This document shows positions 33,659-43,965 of a DNA stretch of 64,000 bases, piece by piece. Under the pieces are notes generated by a model. That model made no database searches and had not been told where the DNA came from. It saw nothing but the letters and a program-made list of their open reading frames with translations. The stretch covers positions 67,704,001 through 67,768,000 of the forward strand of contig OX597830.1 of NCBI GenBank assembly GCA_951406725.2, in the 5' to 3' direction. How positions within the stretch are numbered: the first letter of the stretch is position 1; each line of letters opens with the position of its first letter. The position numbers and the translations under genes are program-made. Source of the stretch: Octopus vulgaris. Its lineage: Eukaryota.

Positions 33659-36600
33659 TTATGTTGTATCTTTCACTCGCAACTTTCGTGCTACATCCTT
33701 CCATCGTTCTTCATACACTCTCCTAGTCAGGCATATTCTCTCCAGCCCTATCTTCCTTTTCAGGTGAAAGATGAAATAATTCATCAAACCAGGGCCGGAG
33801 ATGAACTTGCCTGACTGTAAACCTTTCATTCTCGTCTTCCATATCACCTCTTTCGCGATTGCTACTACAACGAGAAAACGAAACTTACCTTCATTCACGA
33901 GGAAATCCGGTGGGTCAATTTTTGTAATCGACTCAGTCGACAGCTGTACTCTTCGTGTACCTGACAACAGCTGTTCGGCATAAACCCACACCTCAGACAC
34001 GTCCGGACAATGAACAATAGCGTGCGGGACGGTTTCCCTATCCCGCCCGCATCTTGGACATATCGGACTGTCTTGGCCACCGTGCCTTGCGAGTTTATCC
34101 CGAACAGGTAGAGCTCCTCTGTAGCATTGCCATGCCAGAGACTTCTGGAAGTTGTCCAGTGTCCTCGGCTCGAACGTACGTCGGAACAGACTGGCCAGCT
34201 GATTATCGTCGAGACCTAGGGTTTCCCCCAAGGTATCTTCACATTCCGCCTCTACCAACCCTCTATAGAAGAATGTGGTGGAACCCCCACCGCAGGCGTT
34301 GCCCGAGCGACGGAATAGCAGGAGAGCCTTGCGACACTCCGTGTACCAAGTACCAAGTTTCGATCTACGATTCAGCCAGGTTTCCCATCCACCGAAACTA
34401 GTGAACTTGGGAAACATCAGTTTTGCTAGCGAAGACCACACCCGTTCACCATCCAGGTAGAGCCACAGATGTCTTAACCTCAGCGCATGTCTGCGCATCA
34501 TCAGCCAAGGCATCCCTAGCCCACCCTTTAACGGTTGTTGACAGCAAGTAGAGCGTTTCACAAGTGGTTTCCCGCCCTTCCACAAGAAGTAGAAGAGCTG
34601 TCTTTCCAACTTGATCAACCACGAATCAGGGCAAGGAACGACGGAAAGGCGGTAGGTGATAACCGATGCGATAAACACATTGGCCACCTCCGCCCTCCCT
34701 TTCAGGGATAGCCACCGCCAAGACCAGGTCTTGGCTACTGCAGCCACCTTGCTCGTTACCTCGCCCCAATTCTTCTCTATTTGGAGGTCTGGACCGAACC
34801 AGACCCCTAGCAGTTTAATCGGACCCTCCGTCCAACGTCCCACGACGCTGTCAGGAGGCATCGACTTGCCTCTCCAGGTGCCGAGTTGCAAGCCGACTGA
34901 CTTTTCGCGATTAACTTTTGCTCCTGTCACCGTCTCGTACACCTCTATGGCCTTGCCTACTTTACATAGGTGGTCCATTTCGGTTACGATGATGGTGATG
35001 TCATCCGCGTACGCTGACACTGATTTTCCATTACCTGGCTGTCTCGGGATGCCGCTCAGTTTTCGCAGTAATGGCTCAAGAGCCATCACGTACAAAAGCG
35101 GGGAGAGCGGACACCCTTGACGAACCGAGCGTTTGATTTTGAACGGCTTCGACAAGAAGCCGTTCACCCGAACTACCGAGTCGATGTTATCATAAATTTC
35201 GATAATCCACCTGAGGAATCCAAGGCTCAGCCCGAACTGTGCCAGGGCAGATACCAGGTAACGATGGTCGACCCTATCAAAAGCTTTAGATTGGTCTAAA
35301 TGGACCAGTGCCCCACCCTTGCCAGAATCACTATTAAACCCCTCTATAGTGTACCGCATTAGATGGAGATTATCCTGAATGGATCTGCCCGGAACGGCAC
35401 ATGTCTGTGCCCCTCCGATCAGACCATCCGCGACACGCGCCAATCTTTTCGATAACACTTTGGCCAAAATCTTCAACTCTGTGTTTAGCAGAGTGATGGG
35501 CCTGAAATTATCAATGCACTCCCCCTTGCTCGGGTCCTTTCTGACGAGAGTCACTACTCCCCGGCGCACAGATCTGGGTATAAGCCCGTTCTGCTGCCAG
35601 TTCGCGTAGACCTCCGCCAGTAGGTGCCCGAACAAGTCTGGCATACTCTTATATAACTCATAGGGTAGACCATCCAAACCCGGCGCCTTGCCCGCGCCGC
35701 AGTCCGCCATTGCCTCAACCACCTCCTCAGGCGTGATTGGCCCTTCACAGCCCTCCGCATCTCGCCCCGATAAGCGCGGCAGACCGTCGAGTAGGTCCGT
35801 AAAGGCCCTCCTCCTATCCAGTCCGCCGCACTCACCGAAAAGCTGAGCGAAGTGCTCCTGAAAGGCCTCACACATCTCCTCGGGTTCGTTTATCAACTCA
35901 CCTTGTTGGTTCGTCAAAGATCGAATCGTGGCATCGTTACCATGCTGAGCTTCCACCACTCGGGCCCATCTCACGGCGTTGATTCCTTCACATCCCATAT
36001 GACGGATTCTAGCCCTGACAATGCAGCCCATGTGTTTGGCCTCGAGGTGCTGGTTTAACACCAGTCTCTTGGCCGCCACCTGAGCCGCAGAGCCAGTTTT
36101 CATGGCTTCCTCTAATTCCTTAACTAGAGTAGTTTCCCTTCTAGCCTCTCTAGCCACTACTCCTATGCTATATCTAATAGACTCAAACTTGATGGCTCGT
36201 TTGAGGGCGTACCACCATTTGTTATTAATGATGGTACCAGATAGTGCCCTCTGAATTATATTCCTAATCCGGTCTTTGTACTCCTTAATCGCCAAAAGGG
36301 ACGTATTAAGTTTCCAGTAACCGGATCCTCTATTTTTAACCTTATCTATGTCAAGCTTACAAGTGACCATTTTATGATCACTGTAGCTGATCGGGTAAAA
36401 CTGTGGACACTTAGCTATTTTACTGTCTACTTTTCTAATTAGTATTCTATCTAGATATGACCTGGAAGATCCGTCGCTGTTTGACCATGTCCACAATGGA
36501 GCGTTCGGAAATTCCAGCCTATAAGGATCTGCTAGCTCAAAGCGGCTTAGCAGTTCCATGAAGCCACTGTTGCCTTTTCTATCTGGACACGAGCCAACAT

Positions 36601-37054
36601 AATCTACATCCGCTTTGCAAATTGTGTTAAAGTCTCCTAGCACCACTAATGAATGCGAAGTACCAAGAAAGTTTTCTAGTTCACGAAAATAATCACTTTG
36701 CCCTGTATGGTTGGGTGCGTAAATTGCAACCAGTCTGATAACTTTACCATTACTGAACGTCAAATCCATGACGACCAGCCTACCTTCTGGATCTGCAAAA
36801 ATTAACTTTTTCTCAGAAACCCGGTTTCTTTTTAATAGGACCAACACCCCACTCCCGCCTGTAGGACTGCCAGGAGAGAAAAAACTCTCGTAGCCGTCAA
36901 ACAGCGGGAGTAGACCTCTTGGCCCCTCTAACCGGGTTTCTGTAGCAACAATAACATCTAAATTACGCGACCTGATATCATGCAGGAAGCGACCTTGCTT
37001 CCAGCCTGCTCCCAGGCCGCGCACATTTAAACAACCAACATAAATGTAATCCAT
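33659..37054 (-). CDS. Tx1 ORF2, intact 1131 aa: APE endonuclease, reverse transcriptase, C-terminal zinc finger
   Basis: CLNVRG, TET, IYAPN, GDFN, SYLDRI, SDHK, YWKLN, APGLDG, FRPITLLN, DQSKAFDRV, VRQGCPLSP, AYADD, CPRC..ETVPHAIVHC. Confidence 0.96.
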   Translation of the reverse strand: MDYIYVGCLNVRGLGAGWKQGRFLHDIRSRNLDVIVATETRLEGPRGLLPLFDGYESFFSPGSPTGGSGVLVLLKRNRVSEKKLIFADPEGRLVVMDLTFSNGKVIRLVAIYAPNHTGQSDYFRELENFLGTSHSLVVLGDFNTICKADVDYVGSCPDRKGNSGFMELLSRFELADPYRLEFPNAPLWTWSNSDGSSRSYLDRILIRKVDSKIAKCPQFYPISYSDHKMVTCKLDIDKVKNRGSGYWKLNTSLLAIKEYKDRIRNIIQRALSGTIINNKWWYALKRAIKFESIRYSIGVVAREARRETTLVKELEEAMKTGSAAQVAAKRLVLNQHLEAKHMGCIVRARIRHMGCEGINAVRWARVVEAQHGNDATIRSLTNQQGELINEPEEMCEAFQEHFAQLFGECGGLDRRRAFTDLLDGLPRLSGRDAEGCEGPITPEEVVEAMADCGAGKAPGLDGLPYELYKSMPDLFGHLLAEVYANWQQNGLIPRSVRRGVVTLVRKDPSKGECIDNFRPITLLNTELKILAKVLSKRLARVADGLIGGAQTCAVPGRSIQDNLHLMRYTIEGFNSDSGKGGALVHLDQSKAFDRVDHRYLVSALAQFGLSLGFLRWIIEIYDNIDSVVRVNGFLSKPFKIKRSVRQGCPLSPLLYVMALEPLLRKLSGIPRQPGNGKSVSAYADDITIIVTEMDHLCKVGKAIEVYETVTGAKVNREKSVGLQLGTWRGKSMPPDSVVGRWTEGPIKLLGVWFGPDLQIEKNWGEVTSKVAAVAKTWSWRWLSLKGRAEVANVFIASVITYRLSVVPCPDSWLIKLERQLFYFLWKGGKPLVKRSTCCQQPLKGGLGMPWLMMRRHALRLRHLWLYLDGERVWSSLAKLMFPKFTSFGGWETWLNRRSKLGTWYTECRKALLLFRRSGNACGGGSTTFFYRGLVEAECEDTLGETLGLDDNQLASLFRRTFEPRTLDNFQKSLAWQCYRGALPVRDKLARHGGQDSPICPRCGRDRETVPHAIVHCPDVSEVWVYAEQLLSGTRRVQLSTESITKIDPPDFLVNEGKFRFLVVVAIAKEVIWKTRMKGLQSGKFISGPGLMNYFIFHLKRKIGLERICLTRRVYEERWKDVARKLRVKDTT

Positions 37055-37068
37055 TACTTACCTTTATA

Positions 37069-38440
37069 TCAGTGGTTCGGTTTTTCTTCTTCTTCCTTCT
37101 CTTTTTCTGGGCCTCGTGGGGGAGTCTGACGTAGGCCCTCGAATATATGTGGAGATGTTACATCCAACCTAAGTGGGCCTACGTCATGGAAGAATTCTGA
37201 CTTTATCCGCCCGTAATCCTTCCGGTCTATTTTGTAAATTACAAAGTCATTTTTTTTCTCTACTTTCTTCACTTTGGCCATGGCTGCCAACACGTTTCCG
37301 AGTCTGCTATTTGATGCTTTTACGGCCATATATGAGTTCATTGACTCTTTTTTCTTTTTTAAAATTACTCTGGGAGGGGTGGTTTCCGTTTTTCTTTTTT
37401 TTTTCCGATAATTTTTGCCCACCCCTCCTCATTTATCTTTTCCTCGCTCTTTTTTTTCTCCGCCGCTGGTTCTGCTGTTACCATCACCTCCACACCTTCA
37501 GTCTTCCCTTCTGGGCCGTCTGACGCTGCTTCTGGTGACACATTGTCTTCTTTTTCTTTTGGCTTAGGTGCTTCCTGCGGTTTGGGTTGGGGCTGGCATT
37601 CCGCCCTTACATGCCCCTTCTTACCGCAGCCGAAGCACCTCGGCTTTCTGCCCTCTACGAAGACTGTGACTCTTTCATCTTCGCTTATCCTTAGAGTCTC
37701 TGGGATCTCTTCCAGGGTTTGTACTTCTGCTTGTATGGCTATTATTATCTTTTGCCCTTTCCAGAATTCTTCTTCTTCTACGGTGGCCTGGAGGATGTTT
37801 ATTTTTTCCTCCAGGCCTACCATAACTGCTGCCACTAGGACTTCGGCATCCGCTTCTGGCGGGATGTTGTTCATTGTGATCTTGGAAGTTCTCTTGCCTT
37901 TATACAGGGGTAGGAGAACAATATCCTCCGCTTTTATGGGTTCCATGGATAGCTTCTTGCTACCTCCTCTGACGTGAATCTCACCTCCACTGTGCCGTAT
38001 TTCTTCCCTCGATTGATATACGTAATTTTATCCATTATTGGCTTTAAGCAGTTTTCAATCTTTTTCTCCTCTATTTTTTGGATTGCTCTGTTTGTTATAC
38101 TGAATGTCTTATAGATTATTCTCCTATTCGAAATATCCTCCTGTATTTGGGCGTTTGAAGCCACGGTTACTTCCGTGCCCTCTTTTGACACACAGTCCGC
38201 ATGTTTTCCCAGGTTGTCCACGTTAATTTTTTTAATTTTCTTCCCAGCCACTTCAGCGAATTTTTTTGCTGGAGTTGATGCTGGTACTGGTTTTACCATT
38301 TTCTTGGGCGACGCCGCCTCTTTTTTCTTCGGCGACAGCGCCTCTTTTTTTCTTGGCGACAACGCCTCTTTTTTACTTGGCGACAACGCCGGGTATTCAT
38401 CCTCGCTCGTCACGGGCGAATAAGTGATGGGGGACTCCAT
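37069..38440 (-). CDS. Tx1 ORF1 (SPKK repeats, RRM-like region, CCHC knuckle) with two 1-bp frameshifts that may be sequencing errors
   Basis: Pieces 37934-38449, 37365-37946 and 37069-37422; KYGTVEVRF, VEGRKPRCFGCGKKGHVRAEC; breaks lie in short A runs. Confidence 0.8.
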
Positions 38441-38818
38441 CTTGAACAAATGGCTTTAACAAGCCTTTGGTAATCTAAATTAATTGTAGTTTTCCCCCAC
38501 TGAGGGGGGAACACCAACGCGAAGTCTTCGCGCGAAGGTTGACTTCGTCAGTTAGACAACAATGGACAAAAAAAGGTAGACCAACAGTATATAATAACAG
38601 AGATAAGTAGTATGAGAGCAAAAATATATATCAACTTACTAATAACGCAAAAAATTGATTTCCTCCATGTTATTTCTTTATTACCCACCAGGGGCTACGA
38701 AGAATGGCGGACATAACAAAACATGGGGGACATAGAACAATATGATTAAATTTATGAATGAAATGAAAATGAAAAAATGATAATATGAAAGCGATGCTAA
38801 CGGCCCCCTCCGCCAGCA

Positions 38819-40183
38819 TCACTTACCTGTCCTTTTGTTTTCACTGTCACCTGAATGTTCATTCCCAATACGAAGACCATCCATATCCATTCTTACTCCG
38901 AAACTGTCCTCCATATATTCCACGAATTCATCGCTCATTCTTGTATCTTTCACCTCCCAATTCTCCCTTTCACACCTCAACACAAACTCATCTATATTCT
39001 TCTTTTCCAGCACTGCATATCTGGTCCCATCCATTTCATACCATTCATACTCCTCCATTACCCTTTCAACCTCTTTCTGTTCAGTCACAATATAAATGTT
39101 CGGCCTGGGTTCGTTTTCAAACTCTTGTCTGTCTGTATTATTATTTTTCTTTTGTTTTCTTGTTGGAGGGGAGCGGGTGGGTTCACTGTCTGCAGGGGAA
39201 GGGTGGGATTCAGAGGGTGCGGGTGGTGTTGGGGTGGGTTGGGGCTTCGCACAGTTTTTCTTTTTCTTTCTTTTTCTCTTTTTTCTTCCTTCTTCCCACT
39301 CTTGTTGCATCTCCTCTTCTTCTGTCGTTTCTTTTTCCCTTTGGTTCTCTTTGGTTTCTTCCTCTTTTGGGGCTTCCGCGACGATTTCCTTTTCTTTTTC
39401 CTTTGGTGGGGGAGGGCAGTAGGCTCTTATGTGACCCCTCAGGCCACACTTGTAGCACCTGGGCGCCCTACCCTCCACCCACACTCTCATAATAATATTT
39501 CCAGTTTTTATACTGTCCGTAAGCTTTTCTATAACTTCCGCCTCCGTCTGTATGTTCATTACTAGTGTGGCACCTCTCACGCCTTCATATTTCATAATGG
39601 CGTGGAGGATGTCCACTTTATCTTCATTTCCTTTGATAACCGCAGCCGTTATTAATTCGCCCTCTAGGTGTGGAGGTATTCCTTCCACCCTAATTCTGGT
39701 GGTCCTTCTATTCAAATACGAGGGGAACAAGTAAAACTTTTCTGTACTCACCACCTTGGCTGCTATATTCCTGGCTGCTTTCTCACTTTTAAATTGTACC
39801 GTTATGGTTCCATATTCTAATCCTTTTGTCATGTACACAATTTCTTCTCCTGTCTGTTTGAAAGCCTCTTCAATTGCTTCCATGTTAATCACTTCCATTT
39901 TTCTACCTCCATTCATAAATACTTTATATTTAATGGTTCTACGATGGAACCAGTCTCCGCGCCCTGCTAGAGGCAACAGCTCAACCTCTCCGTTCTCCTC
40001 CTCCTTCATGAACTCCTGGAAGTCCGTCAACTTAGCCAGGTCTATCTCTTTTTCTGTTGACTTCTTCGTTATACCTGCGTAGGTACTTTCCATTTTTTTC
40101 ACCGCCAACTCCTCCTCAGATGTCGACGAATTTTCAGAGAAATTTCTCCCTTCCATCTCATCCGTTTGGTAGAGGCGGCTCAT
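38819..40183 (-). CDS. ORF1/gag-like CCHC protein of the divergent unit 0 (~454 aa, intact)
   Basis: Open frame; YGTITVQF, RIRVEGIPP, VEGRAPRCYKCGLRGHIRAYC; start taken at the ATG of MSRLYQ. Confidence 0.85.
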   Translation of the reverse strand: MSRLYQTDEMEGRNFSENSSTSEEELAVKKMESTYAGITKKSTEKEIDLAKLTDFQEFMKEEENGEVELLPLAGRGDWFHRRTIKYKVFMNGGRKMEVINMEAIEEAFKQTGEEIVYMTKGLEYGTITVQFKSEKAARNIAAKVVSTEKFYLFPSYLNRRTTRIRVEGIPPHLEGELITAAVIKGNEDKVDILHAIMKYEGVRGATLVMNIQTEAEVIEKLTDSIKTGNIIMRVWVEGRAPRCYKCGLRGHIRAYCPPPPKEKEKEIVAEAPKEEETKENQREKETTEEEEMQQEWEEGRKKRKRKKKKNCAKPQPTPTPPAPSESHPSPADSEPTRSPPTRKQKKNNNTDRQEFENEPRPNIYIVTEQKEVERVMEEYEWYEMDGTRYAVLEKKNIDEFVLRCERENWEVKDTRMSDEFVEYMEDSFGVRMDMDGLRIGNEHSGDSENKRTGK

Positions 40184-40500
40184 AGTCGCCTCAGACCGAA
40201 AAACGGCCTCCCGAACAGAAAACGTGCGACGCACAGAACCAGTGCGACGCGAAACCGCACCAACCGACGTTCCAATTCCGCAACCACAATTCACTTTTTG
40301 TTCTTTTTTCTTTTTTAACCGAATTTTACAGAGCGCAAAAAAACGCGTATTTCTTTATTACCCACTAAGGGGCTACGAAGAATGGCGGACATAACAAAAC
40401 ATGGGGACATAGAACATTATAATTAAACTTTATGAACATGAATTGTTAAACGAAAAAAATGATAAAATGAAAGCGATACCAACGGCCCCGTCCGTCAGCA

Positions 40501-41916
40501 TCACTTACCTGTCCTTTGTTTTTCATAGTCACTTGAATGTTCTTTGCCAATACGAATAAATTCCATATCCATTCTTACTCCGAAATACTCATCCATATTT
40601 TCCACGAATTCATCGCTCATTCTTATATCTTTCACCTCCCAATTCTCCCTTTCACACCTCCCCATAAACTCACCTATGTTCTTCTTTTCAATCACAGCAT
40701 ACCTAGTCTCTCCAACATCATACCATTTATACTCTTCCATTAGACTTTTAACTTCCTCTGTTCAGTCATAGTACAAATGTACGGCCTGGGTTCGATTTCA
40801 ATCTCTTGTGTGTGTGTATTCTTTTTTCTTTTGTTTTCTTGTTGGGGGGGAGCGGGTGGGTTCAATGTCTGCATGGATAGGGTGGGACTCAGAGGGTGTG
40901 GGAGGTTTTGGGGTAGATTGGAGTTCCATATTATTTTCTTTTTTTCCACATATTCTTCTCTTCCTCTTACTTCCAGCTTCCTTCCATTTCTGTGTATTCT
41001 CTTCCTCTGTTTCCTTCTCCTCTGGTTTCTGCTTCTCTCTCTCTGGTTCGGGATCCATTTCTTTCCCTGGGGGAGGGCAGAAGGCTCTTATGTGACCCCT
41101 CAGGCCACACTTGTAACAACGTGGAGCCCTGCCCTCCACCCACACTCTCATGATCACTTCTCCCAGTCTGATGCTTTCCGTCAGGTCCACCAGTACCTCG
41201 GTCTCTGCCTGTACGTTCAGCTCCACTGTTACGCCTCTCCAGCCCTCGGACTTAACCGAGGCATGGAGAATATCCACTTCGTCCTCGTGGCCGCTGATCA
41301 CAGCCGCCACAATCCATTCTGCCTCCACGTTTGGTGGCACTCCCTCCACCCTTATTCGTGTAATCCTCCTGTTTAAATACGTAGGTAACAGTGTTACCTT
41401 TTCCGACTTCACCGCCTTCGCTGCCATCTTCCTCGCTGCAGATTCACTTTTAAAGTGCACAACTACGGTCCCGTACTTGGATCCTCGAGTCAGAAAATTT
41501 ATTTCCTCCTCAGTTCTTCGCAGGGCTTCCTCTATCCATTCCATGGTTACAACTTCTACCCTCTTCCTTTCGTTTGCGAACACCCTGTAAACAATGGTCC
41601 TCTTATCATACCATTCTTTTCTCCTGGGTGTCGGTGATAGTTCCACCTCACCGCTTTCCTTTTTCATGTATTTCTGGTAACTTGGCAACTTGGCCATGTC
41701 GACCCCTTTCTCTTCCGCCTTCTTGGTTACACCGGCATAGGTATAACCCAGCTTCTCTTCCAATTCCCTTGCTGCCATTTCTAGCTCCTTCTCAGACGTA
41801 GGCAAGTCTGATAAAGACTCGAAAACTCCAGCCTTTTCTTCCATCAGCTTCATTGCAATTGCCTGTTCCAGTTCCTCATCTGTCGTGGACAAGTCTGTTA
41901 GAGACTCATAATCCAT
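40501..41916 (-). pseudogene. Unit 1 ORF1-like gene with small indels
   Basis: Fragments 40798-41916, 40740-40949 and 40501-40740 reconstruct the unit protein. Confidence 0.8.
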
Positions 41917-42231
41917 TTCCCTCTGTCTGACAGACCGAAAACGGCCGCCAAAACAGAAAAAGTGTAACGCGCTGAACGAGCGAAACGCGAAACCGCGTCA
42001 ACGCCGTTCAGAATTTCCACAACAACAACAACGCTTTTTGTTCTTTTTTACCGAATTTTCAGGAGCCGAAAAAACGCGTATTTCTTTATTACCCACTAAG
42101 GGGCTACGAAGAATGGCGGACATAACAAAACATGGGGACATAGAACATTATAATTAAACTTTATGAACATGAATTGTTAAACGAAAAAAATGATAAAATG
42201 AAAGCGATACCAACGGCCCCGTCCGTCAGCA

Positions 42232-43649
42232 TCACTTACCTGTCCTTTGTTTTTCATAGTCACTTGAATGTTCTTTGTCAATACGAATAAATTCCATATC
42301 CATTCTTACTCCGAAATACTCATCCATATTTTCCACGAATTCATCGCTCATTCTTATATCTTTCACCTCCCAATTCTCCCTTTCACACCTCCCCATAAAC
42401 TCACCTATGTTCTTCTTTTCAATCACAGCATACCTAGTCTCTCCAACATCATACCATTTATACTCTTCCATTAGACTTTTAACTTCTTTCTGTTCAGTCA
42501 TAGTACAAATGTACGGCCTGGGTTCGATTTCAATCTCTTGTGTGTGTGTATTCTTTTTTTTCTTTTGTTTTCTTGTTGGGGGGAGCGGGTGGGTTCAATG
42601 TCTGCATGGATAGGGTGGGACTCAGAGGGTGTGGGAGGTTTTGGGGTAGATTGGAGTTCCATATTATTTTCTTTTTTTCCACATATTCTTCTCTTCCTCT
42701 TACTTCCAGCTTCCTTCCATTTCTGTGTATTCTCTTCCTCTGTTTCCTTCTCCTCTGGTTTCTGCTTCTCTCTCTCTGGTTCGGGATCCATTTCTTTCCC
42801 TGGGGGAGGGCAGAAGGCTCTTATGTGACCCCTCAGGCCACACTTGTAACAACGTGGAGCCCTGCCCTCCACCCACACTCTCATGATCACTTCTCCCAGT
42901 CTGATGCTTTCCGTCAGGTCCACCAGTACCTCGGTCTCTGCCTGTACGTTCAGCTCCACTGTTACGCCTCTCCAGCCCTCGGACTTAACCGAGGCATGGA
43001 GAATATCCACTTCGTCCTCGTGGCCGCTGATCACAGCCGCCACAATCCATTCTGCCTCCACGTTTGGTGGCACTCCCTCCACCCTTATTCGTGTAATCCT
43101 CCTGTTTAAATACGTAGGTAACAGTGTTACCTTTTCCGACTTCACCGCCTTCGCTGCCATCTTCCTCGCTGCAGATTCACTTTTAAAGTGCACAACTACG
43201 GTCCCGTACTTGGATCCTCGAGTCAGAAAATTTATTTCCTCCTCAGTTCTTCGCAGGGCTTCCTCTATCCATTCCATGGTTACAACTTCTACCCTCTTCC
43301 TTTCGTTTGCGAACACCCTGTAAACAATGGTCCTCTTATCATACCATTCTTTTCTCCTGGGTGTCGGTGATAGTTCCACCTCACCGCTTTCCTTTTTCAT
43401 GTATTTCTGGTAACTTGGCAACTTGGCCATGTCGACCCCTTTCTCTTCCGCCTTCTTGGTTACACCGGCATAGGTATAACCCAGCTTCTCTTCCAATTTC
43501 CTTGCTGCCATTTCTAGCTCCTTCTCAGACGTAGGCAAGTCTGATAAAGACTCGAAAACTCCAGCCTTTTCCTCCATCAGCTTCACTGCAATTGCCTGTT
43601 CCAGTTCCTCATCCGTCGTGGACAAGTCTGTTAGAGACTCATAGTCCAT
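42232..43649 (-). pseudogene. Unit 2 ORF1-like gene, single indel in a G run
   Basis: Fragments 42498-43649 and 42232-42501. Confidence 0.8.
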
Positions 43650-43965
43650 TTCCTTCTGTCTGACAGACCGAAAACGGCCGCCAAAACAGAAAAAGTGTAA
43701 CGCGCTGAACGAGCGAAACGCGAAACCGCGTCAACGCCGTTCAGAATTTCCACAACAACAACAACGCTTTTTGTTCTTTTTTACCGAATTTTCAGGAGCG
43801 CAAAAAAACGCGTATTTCTTTATTACCCACTAAGGGGCTACGAAGAATGGCGGACATAACAAAACATGGGGACATAGAACATTATAATTAAACTATATGA
43901 ACATGAAGTGTTAAACGAAAAAAATGATAAAATGAAAGCGATACCAACGGCCCCGTCCGTCAGCA

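Larger units (their letters stand above)
33415..38658 (-). mobile_element. Full-length, probably autonomous Tx1-clade LINE with a 13-bp TSD
   Basis: TTTCCTCCATGTT at 33402-33414 and 38659-38671; 5' UTR, ORF1, intact ORF2, and 3' end GCCCCTTGTGGGTAATAATAAAAC. Confidence 0.95.

Noticed and set aside
42498-42600. Programmed frameshift or a separate 89-aa second gene in the units
   Set aside because: Units 0, 4, 6 and 7 read through in one frame; the breaks vary by unit and fall in G/T homopolymers, typical of long-read consensus error or slippage.
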